Of a stretch of DNA of 64,000 nt, positions 56,101-64,000 are shown in pieces. How positions within the stretch are numbered: position 1 is the first letter of the stretch; each line of letters opens with the position of its first letter. This stretch comes from Oopsacas minuta (lineage: Eukaryota; Animalia; Porifera), in NCBI GenBank assembly GCA_024704765.1, contig JAKMXF010000347.1:133270-197269 (forward strand), written 5' to 3'. The notes under the pieces were generated by a model. The model was given only the letters and a program-made list of their open reading frames with translations, did not search any database and was not told where the DNA came from. Both the position numbers and the translations under genes were made by a program.

Positions 56101-59100
56101 TGATCAAATTCTCTCTAAAGATGCAAAAATTATGCTGGAAAATGCTCGAGGACAATTTTCATTATTCCTAGATGCAATTACTGGCCATTCTATAACTGTT
56201 GGAAATCTAAAACAAATTGATAAGAATAAAGATAGCTTCTCAGTGCTTATATCTATTTTCATACAGTCAGTAGCATTATCTAAAAATTTGGACAAACTAA
56301 CTCACATGGAACTAGATGTATGTTTGGAAATGCTAAAATGGTTCTTAGAGCAGATGGACATGCTTAGAACACTTTATAGATTTACTGAAAAATTCGATGA
56401 GATTAATGATGAAAATATCTCAAAATTTTTACCTTTGACTTTCGATGGTCACGAAATAAGAATGCTCTGTTCTAGCGGAGAGAAATTACAATTATCTATT
56501 ATATCACATCCCGATATAACAAAAATCGTAAACTTTGAACATTTCAAATCATTATGCACGATAAGTGAATCAATACAAGAATCCTCCGTAATTACTGAAG
56601 TTTTTAAGGATGTCAGCAATGGAAGGGGTATACAAATGGATGAGTTTGATATATCAGATTTCTATAATCACGTTTGGTTACCTGCTTGGGATATTTGTAT
56701 TCTTCTTGTTAAAAATATTTCCAATGAATCCATACTATTATCAGAATTGTCCAAATATTTCAAAGTCACTGAAAAATATGAAGAAATAGAAAACGAACTA
56801 ATCTTACTGGATTCTGAGTGTGAACATTATCAAAATACTCCAAATCAAGTGAAAAAATCTTTCAAATCTAGCGCTAATAAAATTCATATCTATTTCACTC
56901 TTCTACGGCGTTCTCAAGTTGCAACTCTTATCTGTGAGCTAAAAGAAAAGTTCTCAATTAAAACCAACTTTGAGAGCATAGAAAAATTAAAAAACGCTAG
57001 CGATATGTATTATAATAAAAAACTATCAGTAATGGATGCTAAAGTAGGTGAATTAGCAAATGATCTTGGAATACTCTCTTACAATCTCGAAGTAATACAG
57101 GCTGTTATTGAGAATATTGCTTTCATAAGATGGGTAAAGGAGAATATGATTGACTTAAATGAAGTGAAAGCTTTTGTCGATATATCTCTAACAGCCTGTG
57201 AAGGTAATCCAGTGGAAACAGACAGAATTACATGTTTCAGTTCTGTTTGTAGTAACTTTTCTCCTTTCATATTTGGAATTAACGAAAATACAAGTTATGA
57301 AACTCTCATCACAAGATGTAAACAAGTAATTGAGACTGTTGGAAAGAATGAAAAATTAACTGTGCTGCTCGGGCAGGTCGGAAAAAATGTAACATTTTGG
57401 GATGAAATGAAACGATCTCATGGTGCAATAGAAGAGACTACATTGGTAGAGCTGGATAACTTGATGAAATCTGGAGTTTTCATTTTGAAGGTTGGAGATT
57501 CATCCAATCTTTGTGATATAGTGAGTCTAAGAGTTGAGAGAGAAAACGAAAATGAAAAATTTTACAGTCTAGAACAGTTGAAAGAGTTTCGAAGTAAACT
57601 TATGCTAGTAGTAAGCAAGAATGAACAATCAGGGAATAGACCTGGCCCAAATAGTTATGAGAAATCTCAACTATTTACACTAAAATTTGACAAAATAATA
57701 GAGATAGCAAAAATAGTTATCCAATTAACAGAGAGTGATCATCAGGGATATCTGAAATACCTCATTAACTTAACTGAAGCTGAAACAAGGTTAGAAGAAA
57801 TCCACTCAAAACTCAGTTCAATACTTCAGGTTTGGAGGAATTCAATTGAAGAAGCTCGTAATGCACATTATTACTTGAACTACTATACTATATCTCAGAT
57901 AGCATTACTCCAAAAAGGTATCAAATCATTTATTGATGGGGGAAAAGATTCAGATCGAGAACAGCTATATCATCTACTCAGCCTGTTGAATTTTGAAGTT
58001 ACTAAAAATGAGCTACAACAGGCATTTAGAAAATGTGACTACACCTCTGAATATCTCAATCAGCAGCCATGTCTTGCTGAATCCAGCAGCAACTTCAGTA
58101 AAACGGAAATCCAACTTGCAAAGTCGGTAAAAACGGATGCTGGTGTCGAATTGAACATTATAAAGGATGCCATGTTGGATATGAAGAGATATCAAAGTAG
58201 CAATATTCTCTCGAAAAAATCGATTCTATATTGGTATGAAAAACATAAAACACAACCCAATTCATCATGTAGACCATTTCCAGATACAGAATCAAAATTT
58301 CTCCAAATCAAAATATCCTGCACAAATGCGACTCAAATGAAAACAAGTGTGGATTTTAATAAATTGGGAAGTTTTCTAACAGAAATATTCAGATCACGTA
58401 CTTCCAAAATCTTAGCAAAAAGAAATTTACCCTCCGATTTGAAATATGGAACACCAAATCTAGTTGTCATACCATCAAGTGAGATTTTAGAATTTGTCCT
58501 CTCTCTCTACCTGTGTGATAATGATAAATTTCCTTTGCCATTTTGCCATGAAGTGTTGTTTTGTACTGATCAAACAACCAATGAAGAGGTAGAGATCTTT
58601 TTCCGACGAGCATTGACAGAACATGAAGCAAGCGTCTCGTATATATTTTGCATGGTTAATATAGAAAACTTGAAATACGATGTTGCGGTTGAAAGTTATA
58701 CAGAATTCGAAAGTTTAGGAAACAACAGACCCCGAGATTGTTCATACAAACTTGTATTGATATGTTCAGAAGAAAATGAAGGATTCTCTTATTTAGCAGC
58801 TGCGTTTGAAGGCTACAAGAGATCAGTTCTTGTACTCAATGAAACAAAAGAATTTACAGATACTTTAAACAGGAGAATTTCTAGTGCCTACAAAAACAGA
58901 CGGTCTTATTGGCTTGTTGACAAGGAGAAGTCTAGAGTCAGAATTGTGGCATCAAATAGTTCGGGTGCAGGTAAATCTCTATATATTCGGAATCTCAGGT
59001 CTGACATGTTAAGTCAGGGAGTAGTCCGTGTGGATGAGATAGAACAAGCAGCTGTCACTGTTGCTATTCACGGGAAGCAAGCTTCGGAGGAACATCTAGC

Positions 59101-62100
59101 TGAACAGCTACTGAGTAGGAACATATGTGGTGTGGAGCATGGAGTAATGTTCCATGTAGATATTGCTTCTACCGTTCAGTGGGGCCTAGAACCAATGCTC
59201 TTTAAGTTACTTGTATTAGGTGGTATCAGCAAGAGTACAGGTGAGTTCTGGCACTGTAGACACAAAGATTATTATGTTGTCGAAATAACATTAACCTCTG
59301 ATCAGAATGCTTTAGCGAGATTTTCTCAACTTTTTCCAAATGTACAATGTGTTCAGCCTTCTGATGCACTTGGAATCACTGCTAATATTGGAACACAGAC
59401 CATTGATTTAAATGAATTGAGAAGTGAACAATATCAGAGAGTTAATGCATACCTGAAGCTTCTTGAAAAAGGTGTGGACTTGGATACTTTTGTGTTTCAA
59501 CCATCAGTAACATATGATAGAGTTGATCACATTGACTGCTTGAATAGATCCTTAAAGCATTGTGGGATAGCCCAACCGTCTTGGTCTGAGGTACGAAATT
59601 TCACTAGTTTTCTTAATAAACAACTCACAGATTGTGACAATTCTGATTATTGTCAATCTGGAGTAATGGGGCAAGAATGGAAAGGTTTCAAATCATTTGT
59701 TGTAAGATTCATGCTTCACATGTCTAGGGATTTTGCAACGCCTTCTCTGATGTCATATTCCGAGCTAGATCCTAAAGATTTGACCAAGTTTCAGGTACTG
59801 AATGAACGCAGGTGGGAGAATAACACACATCCATATATATTCTTTAACCCGGATGGACATACTATGACTTTTCTTGGGTTTCATATTACAGAACAAGGAC
59901 ATTTACTAGATTCAGATAACCCATCATTCGTTATCGAAAACAACATAATGCATCCAAATCTTTTCCAAATCTTAACTCGCAACAGGGTTATGCTTCAGGA
60001 GAATTATCATCAATTTGATAAATTACAAAAGATTTCGAAACTAGTCAGTGTTATGAATTTAAGTTGTTTAGCAGATCCAGATCCTGAGTATGTTTTAACT
60101 CTCGACAATATGAGAAAGATTCTAGCTATTCTGATGCGATTCCATTGCAACATACCAGTAGTGATAATGGGAGAGACAGGTTGTGGAAAGACACGTCTCA
60201 TTCAGTTCATGTGTTCATTACAAGCTTTACAGACAGGAGCTACTAACATGTTAATACTGAAAGTACATGGTGGTACTACTGAGAAAGATGTAATGACTAA
60301 AGTAGAAGAAGCTGAGGCGCTAGCTATGAAGAATTTCCGTGAACACGATATTGATACAGTATTGTTTTTTGATGAAGCTAACACGAGTCCAGCCATTGGT
60401 CTAATCAAAGAGATTATGTGTGACAGGAGAATGTATGGTAGACATATCAGTAGCGACATTAGACTACAGTTCATTGCAGCTTGTAATCCTTATCGTAGAC
60501 ATACAAAGGAGATGTTGAACAAGCTGAGTACTGCTGGTCTTGGATTCTTCACCAAAGCAAGTGAGACCACGGATAGACTGGGAGATATTCCTCTCCGTGA
60601 GTTAGTGTACAGGGTAATTGAGCTTCCTGCTAGTATGCGTCCATTGGTGTGGGATTTCGGTCAACTGAGTAAAACTATAGAAGAGACTTATACACGTGAG
60701 ATAGTAGCAAAACACCTCCGAGATCGCAACAGTCCAATACAAGCACGTGATAAGATAATTAGTGTTGTAAGTAATGTGCTTGCTGGTGCACAGAACTACA
60801 TGAGAGAGAGAAAGGATGAGTGTAGCTTTGTGAGTTTAAGGGATGTAGAGAGAGCTATGCGAGTCATGCTATGGTTCTATCATAATTTGAAGCATTTTAA
60901 TCCTAAAAAGGACTTATTAAATGAAGTCGAGGGAATTGAAGTTGCAGCCGAGGATGTCCCAGTTGTGATGAAAATTGAAAGTATCAATGACATTGACTAC
61001 ATAACATACAGCCTTATTCTGTCATTAGCTGTTTGCTACAGAGCCAGACTTCAAGAAAGAGATGATTTTGATATTAATATTGTTCGACGTTTCCAACATC
61101 CTCTCACGCCAATTAGAGATCACAAGGTTATTCATAATGAAGTTGACAGATGTCAACAGCTGATACTAGATGAGATGACCGTGGAAGCTAATATCGCTAA
61201 GAATAATGCTCTGAAAGAGAATGTATTTATGATGTTTGTGTGTATTGAACTCAAGATTCCTCTTTTCGTCATTGGTAAGCCAGGTAGCTCCAAATCTCTT
61301 GCAAAATCTATCATTTCTAATTCAATGCAAGGTAGGCGGTGTCCAGACGGAAGTATTCTACAGAACTTTAAGCAAATCCAGATTATGTCATATCAGTGTA
61401 GTAAGCTGTCTACTGCAGATGGAATAATTGGAGTGTTCAAGAGTTGCAGAAACTTACAAAACAAGACGGGATCTGATGCATTTACAGCTTGTGTAGTTCT
61501 AGAAGAAGTAGGTTTGGCAGAAGATTCACCTCTGCTTCCGCTCAAAGTATTACATCCTCTTCTAGAAGATAGCAATTATGGTTATGATCAAATTGAAACG
61601 AAACAAACCGATAAAGACGATAATGTTGATGAACTTAAGAATAGTGTGGCATTTATTGGAATTTCTAACTGGGCCCTTGATCCTGCCAAAATGAATAGAG
61701 GAATAATGTTGTCTCGAGGAGAGCCAGATCTTAACGAATTAATCATCAGTGCTGAAGGAATCTGCGAATCCGCAAGCAATCAGCCAGAAATTCATCGTAG
61801 TATTGTTAATAGAATCCCATCTCTGGCTAAAGCATATCATTACCTTACTTCAAATCAAGTTAATCATCAAGATGAAGAAGAAAGAACAAATTATTTTGGG
61901 CTGAGAGATTTTTACAGTTTAATAAAGATGCTTGTTTTCATTTGTAACGAAAGAAAGTCTCGTTTAAATCGAGCTATCTTATGCCATGCTGTTAAACGGA
62001 ACTTTGGTGGAGTATCATGTATAGATACTGTTAGTGTATTTAATGAACAAGTGCAATTACCAGAAGACCATCGAGATGGTCCAGATTCTTCTCCTCTAGG

Positions 62101-63505
62101 ATTAATAACAGCTAACTTGGCCAATCTTTCTCGCTCTTTCCACGGAGAGACTCGTTATCTCCTGTTATTTACTGAGAATTATGCTGCTCTTAACATCTTG
62201 CTACTCTCACCAGACATGTGGCCGAAACAGCAAGACATTAGAAATATCCGTGTCATATTTGGATCTAGCTTTCCATGTGACCAGGAGTACTCTGCAGTTT
62301 GTCTTAACATCAATAGGATAAAGATGTATATGGAATCTGGTAAAACTATCATTTTGTTGAATCTTGAGAATCTCTATGAATCTCTGTATGATGCTCTGAA
62401 TCAGTACTACATGGTATTGAATAATCAAAGATATGTAGATCTGGGGTTAGGTACCCATCGAATGAAGTGTCGTATTCACCAAGATTTCAAACTGATTGTA
62501 GTGGCCGACAAGGAAACTGTACAGGAAAGATTTCCTACTCCTCTCATTAATCGACTTGAGAAACATATCCTTGCGATGTCTACGGTGTTATCTGAAAATG
62601 ATGTTAGGATTTTACAACAACTAGCTGGATGGGCAAAAAGATTCTCTACCATTGATAAGTGTCAATCTATAGGATTCAATAATAGGGACACCTTTACTGA
62701 GGGTGACTGTTTTATTGGCTTTCATCATGACACTCCTTCTTTCATTGTGTTCCACATGATGAAGGAGATGTATCCAACCACTTGTTCAAAGATTGATAAC
62801 GATGCAGTCTTCGAAAGATGTATAACTCTGTTGTTAAGAATGGCTACAACAGATGCTGTCTTACGTGTAAAGAACAGTCTTCTATCTAATCAGTCAGAAA
62901 GGATAATAGCAGAATATTTCAGACTTCACTTAGGTAGTCTCGAAGAGTACCTAAGACAAATACTAACTAGTATATGTAAGCATGAAATAGGAGCCCATCT
63001 CACACTCGCGACAACACATTCAAGAATATTGACAGGCAAGGATGTAGATCAATTAAAACAGCGTCTGTCCACAGATAGGGGTAAACTAGAAATAACAAGT
63101 CTCTCACTACAACAGATTCAGACAGAACAACAATACTCTCGTGAGATTCAAGAGTTCTTGAGAAGAGATACAGAGATTGAAATAGTTTCTCACAAAAAGA
63201 TATTGCTGATATTGTGTGAGAGAGGAGAAGCTAATACAAAGCTGATTGCTTGTGCTCGCCAAAAGGTAGTAGATGAGTTGAAAGACTGGAAAGAAGAGAG
63301 GGGCGAGAGTAAATGTGAAATATTTATAGTATTCTTGATTTTACTGAAAAGACATGTACACGGAAGTAAATTTGCAAGTTTTTGTGGAGGAAATTGGAAC
63401 ACAGTGCATATTGATGATATTCGTTCACTCTACTCTACAGAGTTACCGCCTATCTCTATTTTGTTTGGGAAACCAATATGGAAACTATTTGAGGAACATG
63501 ATCAG
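53195..63505 (+). CDS. RNF213: RNF213 (mysterin)-like AAA+ ATPase/E3 ligase, copy 2, first coding exon (3437 codons, intact); gene continues beyond the window
   Basis: Open frame with the same N-terminal Cys motif, CBM20-like domain and six-AAA core (SNSSGAGKS, GETGCGKT, LFFDEANT, GKPGSSKS, DPAKMNRG). Phase-0 donor CAG|GTTTGT at 63506 is at the position homologous to copy 1 intron 1 (36976). Start may be 53195 or 53204. Confidence 0.93.
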
Positions 63506-63790
63506 GTTTGTAATGTTATTATCTAAAATTTAGAACACGTAAATCATATGTCATCCAAACGGACGTCTCGTCTCCAGATGTTTCACCCCTCGGATGTTTC
63601 GTCCCCAACGAAATTGTATATATGATTTATACAGTAGATGGCGGATATATAAACACAGGTTATAAGAACAAGCCGGTTATAAGCACCTTAATTGATTTAC
63701 GGAATCATTTGTATTCTCCTCCATGGAATTTTTACTGGTTATAAGAACACTCTTAGAATAGTAGTGAAATTGGTTCTTATTACCGGTGTA

Positions 63791-63946
63791 GCAGCCTAGA
63801 TTAACCTCCCGCCAGAATATACCCGGGTATAATCTGGGCTAGCCCAGATTATACCTTCTGAGCCTAGATTAACCCCCAGGGTATAAACTAGCCTAGCCTA
63901 GATTAACCCCCTGGGTATAAACTAGCCTAGCCTAGTTTATACCCTG
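63791..63946. repeat. Palindrome-rich composite repeat in RNF213 copy 2 intron 1
   Basis: Three GCCTAGATTAACC units; perfect 30-bp palindrome 63826-63855; 13-bp IR GGGTATAAACTAG/CTAGTTTATACCC near 63913-63944. Confidence 0.8.
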
Positions 63947-64000
63947 TGTAAATATTTCCAATGAGATTATAGTGATTAATAGTTCTTTTAAATCATCTGC

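Noticed and set aside
2752-63402. Numerous 60-145 aa ORFs antisense to or overlapping the large genes (e.g. 4297-4695, 19725-20159, 33465-33851, 60202-60474)
   Set aside because: Shadow frames of long CDSs; those duplicated in both RNF213 copies merely reflect the paralogy.
1-64000. tRNA, rRNA, SL-RNA or autonomous transposase genes
   Set aside because: No cloverleaf, rRNA-like block, or transposase/RT ORF recognised by eye; tRNAscan-SE and Infernal would be needed to exclude small RNAs.

Overview
Eukaryotic, AT-rich, compact animal DNA with GT-AG introns. The gene style (intronless housekeeping genes, orphan coiled-coil+NHL gene, many MITEs) resembles a hexactinellid (glass) sponge such as Oopsacas; that assignment is inference only. 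The left quarter holds four co-oriented, intronless minus-strand genes: glycogen debranching enzyme (AGL), a coiled-coil/NHL-repeat protein, O-GlcNAcase (OGA) and a VPS10-domain sorting receptor with a SorCS/SorLA hybrid architecture. The rest looks like a cell-autonomous-immunity locus on the plus strand. It has a 3-exon ANK-LRR-Roc-COR-kinase-WD40 (LRRK/ROCO) gene with a degenerate Roc GTPase and a non-RD kinase, followed by two tandem RNF213 (mysterin)-like giant AAA+/E3 genes. I reconstructed copy 1 by eye as 23 exons and about 5,010 aa. It has no RING domain, keeps the RZ finger (His-to-Tyr at the dyad position), and carries about 6 single-base indels. Copy 2 begins with an intact 10.3-kb exon and runs off the window. 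An inverted decayed copy of the ROCO last exon lies between the two RNF213 copies, and the paralogs share near-identical tracts that suggest gene conversion. Non-coding DNA contains four hAT-type MITEs with 8-bp TSDs, a 140-bp-arm foldback, palindromes and minisatellites. No tRNA, rRNA or CRISPR is supported. All alignments were done by eye from recalled family motifs; no searches were run.
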